A stretch of 64,000 bases of DNA from an uncultured delta proteobacterium. Lineage in GTDB: Bacteria > Desulfobacterota > Binatia > Binatales > Binataceae. Location: positions 128,001-192,000 of the forward strand of contig CAVXXK010000001.1 of the NCBI GenBank assembly GCA_963765675.1, written 5' to 3'. The notes beneath the pieces were generated by a model that worked only from the letters and a program-made list of their open reading frames with translations, searched no databases and was not told the origin of the DNA. Every line of letters begins with the position of its first letter. Position 1 is the first letter of the stretch. This document shows, one piece after another, positions 1 through 10,572 of the stretch. The translations under genes and the position numbers were made by a program.

Positions 1-369
1 CATATCCAGTCACATTCGGATCGAGATGATTTAGGTTTCGCCTCATCGTTTCTTGGCTCAAATCCCGCGCTTCATACCAATCCCCGATTAGAAGGGACCG
101 AAATCGACGGCACATTTTGACGGCGAATACGGTCGAAACCACTACGCCGCGCCTCGAGTTCATAGCTCCGCGACTCCCGTCGAGGTACTTTGGGAAAGAT
201 GAGGTTGGAATCTGACTGTGGGGGATTTTGTGGGGACCCTCGGTCACATTTGATATCGCTCGGTGGCAGCAGTCGTCCCTTTCGAAATAGGAGAGAACCC
301 TTCGCGCACAATGACTACATGCGTATCTGGTGATACCGAGCAATACCGGTTAAAACCTGTCTTCAACGC

Positions 370-414
370 CTGTTAACCGTCGGGTCGCTGGTTCGAATCC
401 GGCCCGGGGAGCCA
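370..414 (+). tRNA. 3' half of tRNA-Asn(GTT), truncated; probable attachment-site duplication
   Basis: CT-GTT-AA anticodon loop, CCGTC stem arm, T-arm GCTGGTTCGAATCCGGC and acceptor 3' strand ending GCCA. No D-arm or 5' acceptor strand upstream. Confidence 0.8.
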
Positions 415-446
415 ATCATTTTCTGGCACATAACAGATGCCTTCCG

Positions 447-1094
447 ATGACCCCCACCATTACCGCCTTTGAACGGTCGCCCGATGGCGGCAAGGGGCTC
501 GCGCGCGACACGCGCGTTCGCTGGGCGCTGGAAGAAGTGCGCCAGCCTTACAAGGTTCGGCTTGTCTCGTTCAAAGCGATGAAGGAACCCGCGCATCTGG
601 CGCTTCATCCTTTCGGTCAGATTCCGACCTATGAAGAAGGTGACCTCGCCCTGTTCGAGACGGGGGCGATCGTGTTCCACATCGCGCAGCGCCATGCGGG
701 CCTGCTGCCAGACGATGCAAATGCTCGGGCACGCGCGATCACATGGATGTTTGCCGCGCTCAGCACGATAGAGCCGCCGATCCTTGAACGCGAAAACGCC
801 AGGCTCCTTGAAGGTGACAAGCCCTGGTCCGCGCAGCGCATGCCTGCGGTCGAGGATCGCATCCGTAACCGGCTGGGCCAACTTTCCAGTCGTCTTGGCG
901 ATGCCGACTGGCTCGACGGTGCGTTCAGCGCGGGTGACCTGATGATGGTGTCGGTGCTTCTCAGGTTGAAATCATCGGGTATGCTGGACGAATACCCGAA
1001 CCTCGCCGCCTATGTGGCTCGCGGCGAAGCGCGGCCCGCCTACAAGCGTGCGTTCGAGGCGCAATTGGCGGTCAACAAGCCACCGCCCGGCTGA
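447..1094 (+). CDS. Glutathione S-transferase family protein
   Basis: HPFGQIP and LFETGAI GST N-terminal motifs; helical C-domain with FSAGDL. Confidence 0.9.
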   Translation: MTPTITAFERSPDGGKGLARDTRVRWALEEVRQPYKVRLVSFKAMKEPAHLALHPFGQIPTYEEGDLALFETGAIVFHIAQRHAGLLPDDANARARAITWMFAALSTIEPPILERENARLLEGDKPWSAQRMPAVEDRIRNRLGQLSSRLGDADWLDGAFSAGDLMMVSVLLRLKSSGMLDEYPNLAAYVARGEARPAYKRAFEAQLAVNKPPPG

Positions 1095-1150
1095 GCGGAC
1101 GCACAAGTCGCGCGCCATCTCCTACCATGCTCCGAAGGGAATGCCCCGGC

Positions 1151-2188
1151 CTACTCGCGCGACCGATGCGCGGCTTCGGTCATGAGTATCTCGAGCGTCA
1201 GCCGCTCGGTGCCGCGAATCACGGTGACCGGCGTGCGCACTCCCACCAGGCTCATCGTAAGCTGGCGCTGCAGGTCGTCGATACCGGCGATCGCAGTGTC
1301 ACCGAGCCGGATCAGCAGGTCGCCCTCTTTGATTCCGCCGAGCGCCGCCGGGCTGTTCGCCTCAACCGACGCGACCCGGACCGCGGTCTCCGCCGACAGC
1401 CGATAGAAGCGCACGAACCGGCGCGGCAGCTCCACATTGTGGCCCGCGATTCCCAGATAGCTCCTGCTGATCTTGCCGTCCTTGATCAGAAGGCCCGCAA
1501 CCAGCTTGGCGCTGTTGATCGCAATCGCGAAGCAGATTCCCTGCGCCGGCAGGATAATCGCCGTGTTGACTCCGATCACCTCGCCGCGCGAGTTCACCAG
1601 CGGTCCGCCGGAATTGCCCGGATTGAGCGCCGCGTCGGTTTGGATAACATTGTCGACCAGCCGGCCCGATCCGGTCCTGAGCGATCGGCCAAGCGCACTC
1701 ACGACGCCTGCCGTGACCGTGCATTGGAAGCCGTACGGATTCCCGATCGCGATCGCGATCTGGCCCACGTGAATCGCCTGCGAATCGCCCAGCGCGACCG
1801 CGGTCAGGTTCGAGCCGGTCATCCGAATCACGGCCAGGTCGGTATCGGGATCGTCGCCAATCAGCTCCGCCGCCGATTTGCGCCCGTCGGAAAGCGTGAC
1901 CGAGATTCGCGATGCTCGGTGAACGACGTGGCTATTGGTAATGATGTATCCGTCGGGCGCGATGATAAAGCCCGAGCCGCTCCCTGACGGCACATTCTGC
2001 GAACCACCCGCCTGCGGTCCCGCCGCCTGCGCGACCTCGATATTCACCACCGCCGGGCTGACGGACTCGGCCGCGCCCATCACGGCCCGCGAATATGCGT
2101 CGAACAGATGATCGTCAGACGAATCGTGAGAGAGTCCGCTGATAGGAGCGCCGTTATCCAGAACCATCTTCAACGATGAACGCATCAT
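1151..2188 (-). CDS. HtrA/DegS-like trypsin serine protease with PDZ domain, no signal peptide
   Basis: TNSHVV, DLAV and GNSGGP catalytic motifs; C-terminal PDZ; AGGAG RBS before ATG at 2188. Confidence 0.9.
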   Translation of the reverse strand: MMRSSLKMVLDNGAPISGLSHDSSDDHLFDAYSRAVMGAAESVSPAVVNIEVAQAAGPQAGGSQNVPSGSGSGFIIAPDGYIITNSHVVHRASRISVTLSDGRKSAAELIGDDPDTDLAVIRMTGSNLTAVALGDSQAIHVGQIAIAIGNPYGFQCTVTAGVVSALGRSLRTGSGRLVDNVIQTDAALNPGNSGGPLVNSRGEVIGVNTAIILPAQGICFAIAINSAKLVAGLLIKDGKISRSYLGIAGHNVELPRRFVRFYRLSAETAVRVASVEANSPAALGGIKEGDLLIRLGDTAIAGIDDLQRQLTMSLVGVRTPVTVIRGTERLTLEILMTEAAHRSRE

Positions 2189-2305
2189 GGATACTCCTGG
2201 GGAGTAAACATAATCACGAAATCCGTTTTGCAAACGTACCCGATCCGCAGCTCGCAGCTCGGCCGGAGCATCCTGGTCGCACGTGGCATCTGCCCCTTGC
2301 CGGAT

Positions 2306-2746
2306 TCAGTGTCCAATCTGCACGATATGCAGGCCGAGGCTCGACGCAGCGGCGCCCTGCTTTCGATCGGCGGTGACAAACGGCAGCGCTATCCCGGCCT
2401 CCTTTTGGAACAGAAGAGCCGAGGCAAGATGCAACGCGTCGAGTGTTCTCACCGGCGCGTGGTGCAGCAAGTCTTCGGCACGCGCAACAACGCTGGAGCC
2501 AAGTTCGACCAGTTCCCAGTAGTCGCGGTCGGCGCGAATCCTCACGATGATCGCGTCGAAGTCTTCTTGCGCCAACTCGGCCAGGCTGCGGCGACGGCAC
2601 AGCGCTGAAACAGCTTCCACCGGAGCAATCGCCGAGGTGACAATCCGGTAGCGGCCGAGCATCCGGCGCGCGCGGGGTGAATCGATCTCCTGTACGTAGC
2701 GCTTTATGATTACGCTGGTGTCGAAGTATGCCCACTCGGCCATCAT
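2306..2746 (-). CDS. vapC: VapC PIN-domain toxin
   Basis: YFDTSVIIKRY, RTLDALHLASA and FVTAD PIN motifs. Confidence 0.88.
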   Translation of the reverse strand: MMAEWAYFDTSVIIKRYVQEIDSPRARRMLGRYRIVTSAIAPVEAVSALCRRRSLAELAQEDFDAIIVRIRADRDYWELVELGSSVVARAEDLLHHAPVRTLDALHLASALLFQKEAGIALPFVTADRKQGAAASSLGLHIVQIGH

Positions 2747-2770
2747 GCTCGCCCTGCCGAGCCGCGATGG

Positions 2771-3064
2771 TTAGCGCTGTTCGCGTTCAGCTTCGATGGT
2801 CTCGGCCACTGGGACGCCGACGATTTTGCGCGGGCTCCATCGCGGAAGACGCCCGTTCTTGGTTGCGGCCCGCAATACTCCCTGTCCCTCGAGTCGCCGA
2901 ACCTCACGGCCGACGGAGTCGCCTTCGGCGTCATCGGATTCACTTATCGGAGTGAGCCTCGCCACCGGGCGGCCTCGTTCGGTCAGGATCACCTCCGCAC
3001 CGCCGCGAACGGTTTTCATCAGGCGTGAGAAATGTTGATTGGCTTCACGCAGTCCAATGCGCAT
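2771..3064 (-). CDS. Phd/YefM family antitoxin
   Basis: IGLREANQHFSRL...EVILTERGRPVARL Phd signature; upstream of the PIN toxin. Confidence 0.88.
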   Translation of the reverse strand: MRIGLREANQHFSRLMKTVRGGAEVILTERGRPVARLTPISESDDAEGDSVGREVRRLEGQGVLRAATKNGRLPRWSPRKIVGVPVAETIEAEREQR

Positions 3065-3084
3065 AATTTAGTCCCACCACCTAG

Positions 3085-3100
3085 GTAGTGACATCACTAC
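3085..3100. promoter_or_regulatory. Palindromic TA operator GTAGTGA-CA-TCACTAC
   Basis: Inverted repeat ~20 bp upstream of the antitoxin start, with an adjacent half-site TAGTGACATC. Confidence 0.6.
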
Positions 3101-3189
3101 TTTAGTGACATCCGATCAAAATGCCAACCCTTCGGAAAGATTATCTTTGGTCCTCTCAGGTATCTTATCTCCTCCATCCGGCGCTTACT

Positions 3190-3205
3190 CGGCATCGAAA
3201 TTGCT
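3190..3205 (+). promoter_or_regulatory. Putative sigma54 promoter for tadE-tadE-tadG
   Basis: CGGCATCGAAATTGCT = GG-N10-GC with TTGC at -12. Confidence 0.6.
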
Positions 3206-3403
3206 TTTCTTGTGGCCAGGAACAGAAAAGCCGCCAAATCGGTCGAATGGTCGCCAAAAATGCTACGAGCTGTAGCAGGATCGCGACTCTACGGACGATT
3301 TGAGTAGCTCCAGGTCAACACGGCGCCTCCTCTGGGGCACGGCGGTGCCAGAGGTTTTCGAGCTATGGCTTTTCGCCGAGGTTGTTGCAGAGGACGGGCC
3401 GCT

Positions 3404-3916
3404 ATGCCCCTTTCGTTTCGAACATCCCGCGCCCGATCGACCAAAGGCCAGACCATGGTCGAATTCGCGATGGTTGCGCCGCTGTTCCTATTACTCATCT
3501 TCGGGGTGATGGACTACGCCTGGCTGATGTTCGCGCAATCGAACATTCAACAGGCCATCGATGATGGCGGTCGGTACGCCTCCACCGGACAGGAATCCGG
3601 CGGCACCGGAACCCGCATAACCTCGATCATCGCCAAGGTCCAGAGCGAAATAAGCGTCCCCGGGGTGAGCGCGTCGAACATGACAATTTGTAGCGTTCCG
3701 CCCGGTGGAGGGACTTCATTGTGCTGGAACTCGGGGGCCGATAACGGCAACACCGGCGCGGCGGGCGGACCCGAGTACACCGAGACCTTGACCCTCACCA
3801 CCACCTTGCCGCTGATGACCCCTCTAATTGGTCAGTTCTTTCCGGCGGCCGGCTACACTTTCACCTCGAGCACCACCTTCATGAACGAGCCCTTTGACCC
3901 GTCCACGACCAACTAG
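3404..3916 (+). CDS. tadE: TadE/TadG-like minor pilin (pseudopilin)
   Basis: KG|QTMVEFAMVAPLFLLLIFGVMDY prepilin motif followed by a TM helix. Confidence 0.88.
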   Translation: MPLSFRTSRARSTKGQTMVEFAMVAPLFLLLIFGVMDYAWLMFAQSNIQQAIDDGGRYASTGQESGGTGTRITSIIAKVQSEISVPGVSASNMTICSVPPGGGTSLCWNSGADNGNTGAAGGPEYTETLTLTTTLPLMTPLIGQFFPAAGYTFTSSTTFMNEPFDPSTTN

Positions 3917-3929
3917 GGAATAGAAGAAC

Positions 3930-4511
3930 ATGTCACTCTCCTATCGCTCGGCCCGCGCAAAGCTTATCGCCAACGAATCTGGCCAGGCAGTGGTCGAGAC
4001 TGCTTTCGTTGTGACCCTGCTCCTCCTTCTCATGTGCGCAGCGATCGATTTCGGCCGTGCCCTGCACACCATGCAGGTGGTGACCGAGCTGACCCGGCAA
4101 GGCGCGAATCTGGCCCTACGCGGGGAAGGCACCTCAAGCTGCGATAATTTGTGCACCGCCGTGTCCTCCCTGTTGTCGGGGAGTTCCGGCCTGAACCTGT
4201 CGAGTAACGGCAAAGTAATCATTACGTCACTCACCGAAACCTTAACCGGAAACGAAACTGTCGGTCCCTCCGGCGGTCCTTATAAGATTGCTGAACAAGA
4301 CGTGTCGTCGGGAGGCATTACGGAATCAAGTAAACTAGGGTCGACGGTCGGTGCGAACGTGAATATACCCGGAGCGCCAGGGCTCCAGACGGGACAGTAT
4401 CTATACGTTGCGGAGATTTACTACAGCTTCACGGCCGCCACTCCGATCGGAAAACTAACCAACAGCGCCGTCAACATGCCGTCGGTGCTTTATGACATCG
4501 CGTATTTCTAA
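3930..4511 (+). CDS. TadE/TadF-like minor pilin
   Basis: SG|QAVVETAFVVTLLLLLMCAAIDFG prepilin motif. Confidence 0.85.
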   Translation: MSLSYRSARAKLIANESGQAVVETAFVVTLLLLLMCAAIDFGRALHTMQVVTELTRQGANLALRGEGTSSCDNLCTAVSSLLSGSSGLNLSSNGKVIITSLTETLTGNETVGPSGGPYKIAEQDVSSGGITESSKLGSTVGANVNIPGAPGLQTGQYLYVAEIYYSFTAATPIGKLTNSAVNMPSVLYDIAYF

Positions 4512-4523
4512 CCCCAGGTTGAG

Positions 4524-5972
4524 GTGAGGCTCTTGCGGGCTAAAATTATAAAACCCCAGCGCGGGCAGATTTTTCTCCTGCTCGCTATCCTGGTACCTGT
4601 CCTGATCGTTCTCGCCGGCTTCGGACTTGACCTCGGTATAGCCTATGTCACGAAGTCCACGCTCTCGAAGTCAGTTGATGCTGCCGCGCTTACCGCGATG
4701 AAAAACATCAACTTGGGGACCGGGAGTCTTCCCAATTGCAGTCTAACCAGCGCAGCGGCAGCCGTCGGCCTGGAAACCTTCAACGTCAATTATCAATCAG
4801 TACCCGGGCTTGGTGCGCCTCCGACACCCAGCATCTGCTTCACTACCGACTCCAACAACAATACGATTGTCAACGTCAGCGCCACGGCCACGATCAATAC
4901 TTACTTCCTCCGTGCGATTTCCATCATTCCCGGCATCAGCACCAACTACAATACTTTGAGCGTCAGCGCCTCCGCGACCGCTCAACGCAACCCAATGATC
5001 ATGTCGCTGGTGCTCGATATCTCGTATTCCATGGAAAACAATGGCGGATCGACTGCGCTTGCGCCCGCGGTGGAAGACTTTATCGCTGACTTCGATCCGA
5101 ACAATAACGACACGATCGACTACGCCTCGATGGTGACGTTTGGAACCTCCGCGGTGGTCGATGTTCAAAATACGCAACCCTTCAAGAACGCAATCGACAC
5201 CGCGGTCAGCCAGAAATTCTGGGCAAACGGAATTATCAACTACACCAATTCACAAGCAGGGCTGTTGGACGGACAGACTCAAATCGCCGATCAGGCCGCA
5301 AATGTGCCCTCGGGTGAGAACGTTATCAAAGTGCTGGTCTTTTTCACCGACGGCTGGCCAAATATACAACAGGACACTCTGACCTGTCCGGCTGCTACCA
5401 AGGGCGGGTCAACAACCACCGCCAATCTCCTGTATTGCGGTTGCGATCCCGGGGATGAGTCGCTGAATTTGTGCCAGTCCTCCGGCGGCGTATTCTTTGC
5501 ACCCTCCACCTGCAGCACATCCAACAATAGCTGTAGCAAACCCACCAGCGGATGCGGCTCAAGCAGCACCACTGCACAACTCCCCCAGAATTTCCCTGAT
5601 CAGCAGACCAATTCGACCGAACCGCTGGTCGTCGGCTCCAATTTCAATATCGAGTATTGCGGCGGCCAGACTCCCGCCTCCGGCCAAACCCTGGCCAGCG
5701 ATGCGATGTATCGCGCGGTCCAAGTGTCCACCAACTCCTCCACCGGCCTCCTGTCCCAAGGGGTCTATGTTTACGCCATCGGCATGGGCTCCGCGATCAC
5801 CAGCCAGCCTGCCGCACAGGAATTCCTGCGCGAGATCGCCAACGATCCCTCCGCTTCTACCTACAACCCCAACCTGCCAATCGGAGAAGCCGTGTTTGCC
5901 TCTAATTCTTCCGATCTGGACCAGGTGTTCCAGACGATCGCTTCCAAGATCCTTCTGCGACTCTCAAGATAG
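4524..5972 (+). CDS. tadG: TadG-like pilus tip protein with VWA domain
   Basis: RGQ...LDLG...DAAAL Tad N-terminus; MIDAS DISYS and FFTDG; Cys-rich insert. Confidence 0.85.
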   Translation: MRLLRAKIIKPQRGQIFLLLAILVPVLIVLAGFGLDLGIAYVTKSTLSKSVDAAALTAMKNINLGTGSLPNCSLTSAAAAVGLETFNVNYQSVPGLGAPPTPSICFTTDSNNNTIVNVSATATINTYFLRAISIIPGISTNYNTLSVSASATAQRNPMIMSLVLDISYSMENNGGSTALAPAVEDFIADFDPNNNDTIDYASMVTFGTSAVVDVQNTQPFKNAIDTAVSQKFWANGIINYTNSQAGLLDGQTQIADQAANVPSGENVIKVLVFFTDGWPNIQQDTLTCPAATKGGSTTTANLLYCGCDPGDESLNLCQSSGGVFFAPSTCSTSNNSCSKPTSGCGSSSTTAQLPQNFPDQQTNSTEPLVVGSNFNIEYCGGQTPASGQTLASDAMYRAVQVSTNSSTGLLSQGVYVYAIGMGSAITSQPAAQEFLREIANDPSASTYNPNLPIGEAVFASNSSDLDQVFQTIASKILLRLSR

Positions 5973-5995
5973 TAGATAAGCATCCAATTCCTTTC

Positions 5996-6027
5996 CCGGT
6001 GGCACAGGCTCTAGCCTGCGCCACCGG
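5996..6027. repeat. GTGG-type REP palindrome (GTGGCACAGGCT..AGCCTG); may also terminate tadG
   Basis: CCGGTGGCACAGGCTCTAGCCTGCGCCACCGG; relatives at 7732, 10315 and 62631. Confidence 0.7.
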
Positions 6028-6204
6028 TGCCGCTTTCTCTCCCTTGACACGAAATTTTTTATGCTCCGCGACGACAAATCTCTTCGCGGATGAAAAATAA
6101 TCTCCGTGCAAGTCCCCTCGATCGTTGTCGATGCTGCAGGCCGTTGTTAGCGTCTCGAACCCTGTCGATTCGGCCGCACGGCGCGCGCCGCGGAGGAAAT
6201 CAGC

Positions 6205-7623
6205 ATGGCGGAACCGTTTCCTGGCGATCCTTATCTGAGCGGAGGTTTTGAGCCGATCCGGATGGAGTGTGACTACGCGGATCTGATTGTGGAAGGCGAG
6301 GTTCCCGCCGATCTCGATGGCTCATTTTATCGCGTCGGACCCAATCCCCAGTTCGCTCCGCGTTGCCCCTACAACCCGCTCCTCGGCGACGGCATGGCGC
6401 ACGCCTTCCATCTGCGCGATGGACGAGTCTCGTACTGCAACCGGTGGGTCCGGACGCTTCAGTGGAAGCTCGAGCGCGAGGCCGGCCGAGCGCTGTTCGG
6501 ACCTCCCGGCTTCCCCGCCCTCTCCGACCCGAACGTGGCGGGCATCGCCACCGATGGCGTCGCGAACACCAATCTCGTATGGCACGCGAACCGGCTGCTC
6601 GTGCTCGAGGAAGGCCACGCGCCGATCGAGCTCGATCCCTTGTCGCTCGAGACCATCGGCCCCTGGCGCTTCGACGATCGGTTGCCGCGTAACATGACCG
6701 CGCATCCGAAGATCGATTCGGAGTCGGGCGAAATGTTGTTCTTTGCGAATCTTCCGAAAGGCCGCCTGAACGGCGAGATCGCATTCTACGCCGCCAACCG
6801 GGCCGGCATCCTTGACCATTCCGGGCTGTTCAAAGGACCGTTCCCGTCCCTGGTGCATGATTTCGCGATTACCCAGGACTTTCTCATTTTCCCGATCTGT
6901 CCCGTGACCCTATCGATCGAGCGCGCGAAGGCGGGCGCTCCGCTTATCACGTGGGAGCCGGAAAAAGGAACCCACGTGGCGATCATCCCTCGCTCCGGCG
7001 GGGTCGAAGATCTGCGATGGTTCAGCGGCGCTCCGTGCATGGCATGGCATTCAATGAACGCCTTCAACGATGGAGACAGAATCACCGTCGATGTCTGCCA
7101 GCAGGCTGCCGCTGCATTTCCTCTCGCCAACGGGTCAATGCCGGACCAGCGCAAGACCTCGCAGTACCTCACCCGCTGGACCTTCGATTGGTCGAAAGCC
7201 GGTGGGTTCGAAATGGAGCGACTGAGCGACGTTCGATGCGAATACCCGCGAATCGACGAGCGGCGCACGGGCCGGAATTATCGGCATGGTTACCTCGCGT
7301 GCGAAGGCGGTCCCGGAAGCGGCGATCCGTTCCATCGCGGAATCGCGCACTTCGATCACCTCACCCGCCGGATGAGGACCTATTCCACCGGTCCCAGATG
7401 CGCCGTGGCCGAGCCCGTGTTCGTCGCCAAAAACCGCGATGCGCAAGAAGGCGAAGGGTATCTGCTGACCAATATTTTTGATGAACAACGTAACGCGAGT
7501 CATCTCGCAATCTTCGACGCCGAGGATATCGAGCGAGGCCCCGTTGCACGTGCGCATCTGGACCATCGCGTGCCCGTCGGCTTCCACGCCTGTTGGCGTC
7601 CCGGCAACACAAAGCCCTCGTGA
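6205..7623 (+). CDS. Carotenoid oxygenase / lignostilbene-alpha,beta-dioxygenase family (RPE65)
   Basis: GDGMAH, TAHPKID, VHDFAIT, AWHSMNA, EYPRID, EPVFV and VGFH motifs with four Fe-binding His. Confidence 0.9.
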   Translation: MAEPFPGDPYLSGGFEPIRMECDYADLIVEGEVPADLDGSFYRVGPNPQFAPRCPYNPLLGDGMAHAFHLRDGRVSYCNRWVRTLQWKLEREAGRALFGPPGFPALSDPNVAGIATDGVANTNLVWHANRLLVLEEGHAPIELDPLSLETIGPWRFDDRLPRNMTAHPKIDSESGEMLFFANLPKGRLNGEIAFYAANRAGILDHSGLFKGPFPSLVHDFAITQDFLIFPICPVTLSIERAKAGAPLITWEPEKGTHVAIIPRSGGVEDLRWFSGAPCMAWHSMNAFNDGDRITVDVCQQAAAAFPLANGSMPDQRKTSQYLTRWTFDWSKAGGFEMERLSDVRCEYPRIDERRTGRNYRHGYLACEGGPGSGDPFHRGIAHFDHLTRRMRTYSTGPRCAVAEPVFVAKNRDAQEGEGYLLTNIFDEQRNASHLAIFDAEDIERGPVARAHLDHRVPVGFHACWRPGNTKPS

Positions 7624-7673
7624 CGTGTCGCAACTCCTGTCCCGAGCCGTCCCTGGGAGCCCGATTGGAATTC

Positions 7674-7753
7674 GTAGGGGCGCGTCGCGACGCGCCCGTC
7701 TTGCGCGCGCCGATAATCGAGCGCATGACGCGTGGCACAAGCTTCAGCCTGTG
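7674..7753 (+). repeat. Cluster of REP palindromes (GTAG type and GTGG type)
   Basis: GTAGGGGCGCGTCGCGACGCGCCC at 7674 and GTGGCACAAGCTTCAGCCTGTG at 7732. Confidence 0.65.
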
Positions 7754-8074
7754 TCTTCCCTCAGAACGACACTGCGGGAATCGGGTCCAAACATGACGCT
7801 GCAAGCGCGCAACGTCTTCCGAGAGGCCAGATTCCCGCGCTATTATTGCTACGACAGGCAAATGATTTTCGACCTTGCGTCCGGGCGCAAATGTACGAAA
7901 TTCACAAATCTTTTTAACGGGTTAGCACATCTCTTGCTGTGTTACGTGACGCTGCGGATTTGCATCACTACCGTCTTTAGGCGGATGCTGCTTGCAACAC
8001 CCCCGTATTGACTATGCTCTTGGCCGGTAACACAATACGCCTCCGCCCGTTTTGTCCCTCACGGGCGCAAAAGA

Positions 8075-9592
<1,518 letters not shown>

Positions 9593-9663
9593 CGCAGTCT
9601 GATCCCTCGCCCTTTCAGGGCGAGGAATCAGACAGGGCGCGCCGCCAGGCGCCAGTCTTGCCG

Positions 9664-9757
9664 GATACCCTCTCCCTCCGGGAGAGGGCGACGCGGCGCG
9701 GCGATTGCTCTTTTTAGCAATCGCCGTGACGCGTGGGTGAGGGTGCTTGCTCTGCTC
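9664..9757 (+). repeat. BoxC-like structured repeat, copy A
   Basis: CCCTCTCCC-TCC-GGGAGAGGG hairpin, inner GGCGATTGCT..AGCAATCGCC hairpin, GGGTGAGGGTGCT tail. Confidence 0.85.
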
Positions 9758-9830
9758 TTTTAATCGCGGCGCTGAAATCGGTCCCTCACCTAACCGCGCG
9801 CCAGTGGCACCTTCCTTTCAGGGCGCGGGA

Positions 9831-10199
9831 TCAGACAGCGCCAATCGGAAAGACAGTCACGAACACCGCCTGCCAGCGGTTTTCACGCTTCGAGTACACG
9901 CGCAGGTAACGTTGATCGACCACGCGATCGGGATGCTGAATGCGGACCCGGCCCCACGTTGCCGCAGTGGGCGTGAACATCTGCATACCCGCTTCACTGA
10001 AGAACACCTGCGCTCCCTCGGGTGTCGGCCGCATCATGTCGATTTTGCCGCCCGTTCGGCCGTCAGAAAGATTAACGCGAAAATCGTCAGCCAGGATTTC
10101 GGCGAAGGCCGAACGATCATTACGCAGATAAACCTCGTTCCATGACCGGTCCAGTTCTCTGACCGCTTGTTCGTCCGCCGAAAGGGTATTGTGATCCAT
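9831..10199 (-). CDS. Nuclear transport factor 2-like (DUF4440) protein
   Basis: ELDRSWNEVYLRNDRSAFAEILADDF...YLRVYSKRENRWQAV pattern. Confidence 0.75.
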   Translation of the reverse strand: MDHNTLSADEQAVRELDRSWNEVYLRNDRSAFAEILADDFRVNLSDGRTGGKIDMMRPTPEGAQVFFSEAGMQMFTPTAATWGRVRIQHPDRVVDQRYLRVYSKRENRWQAVFVTVFPIGAV

Positions 10200-10314
10200 C
10201 GGATCTGGCCACCACGAAATATTGTTTCGCAGCATAATCGCCGATCGCGGTATGCGCCAGAATGGGTGACATGAATCGAGCACGAGTCATACTAAGAAAC
10301 CTGATTGAGGACTG

Positions 10315-10336
10315 GTGGCACAGGCTTTAGCCTGTG
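10315..10336 (+). repeat. GTGG-type REP palindrome
   Basis: GTGG-CACAGGCT-TT-AGCCTGTG. Confidence 0.7.
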
Positions 10337-10402
10337 TTCCCCCGTCGGCTACGGAGCAGAATCAATTTGTATTGGCGCGTCGTGAGGCGCCCGTCTTTGC
10401 GC

Positions 10403-10495
10403 GATACCCTCTCCCTCCGGGAGAGGGCGACGCGGCGCGGCGATTGCTTTTTTTAGCAATCGCCGTGACGCGTGGGTGAGGGTGCTGCTCTGCTC
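10403..10495 (+). repeat. BoxC-like structured repeat, copy B
   Basis: Near-identical to copy A at 9664. Confidence 0.85.
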
Positions 10496-10572
10496 TTCAA
10501 GCACGGCGCGGCGCGCTGAATCAGGATTTTTTTGAAGCCCGTTCCTTGCTCTCAGGCAAAGAGAACGACAAC

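Noticed and set aside
1-311. ORF 72..311 as a real gene
   Set aside because: It has no recognisable motif or RBS and is probably island-end non-coding DNA or a truncated fragment.
340-414. Intact tRNA-Asn gene
   Set aside because: The 5' acceptor strand and D-arm are absent; only the 3' half matches.
3328-3354. Second sigma54 site GG-N10-GC before tadE
   Set aside because: It matches the consensus poorly and is better explained as a 5'-UTR hairpin (CCTCTGGGGCAC..GTGCCAGAGG).
9664-10495. CRISPR array
   Set aside because: The repeats are ~90 bp and dispersed, not regularly spaced, and no cas genes are present.
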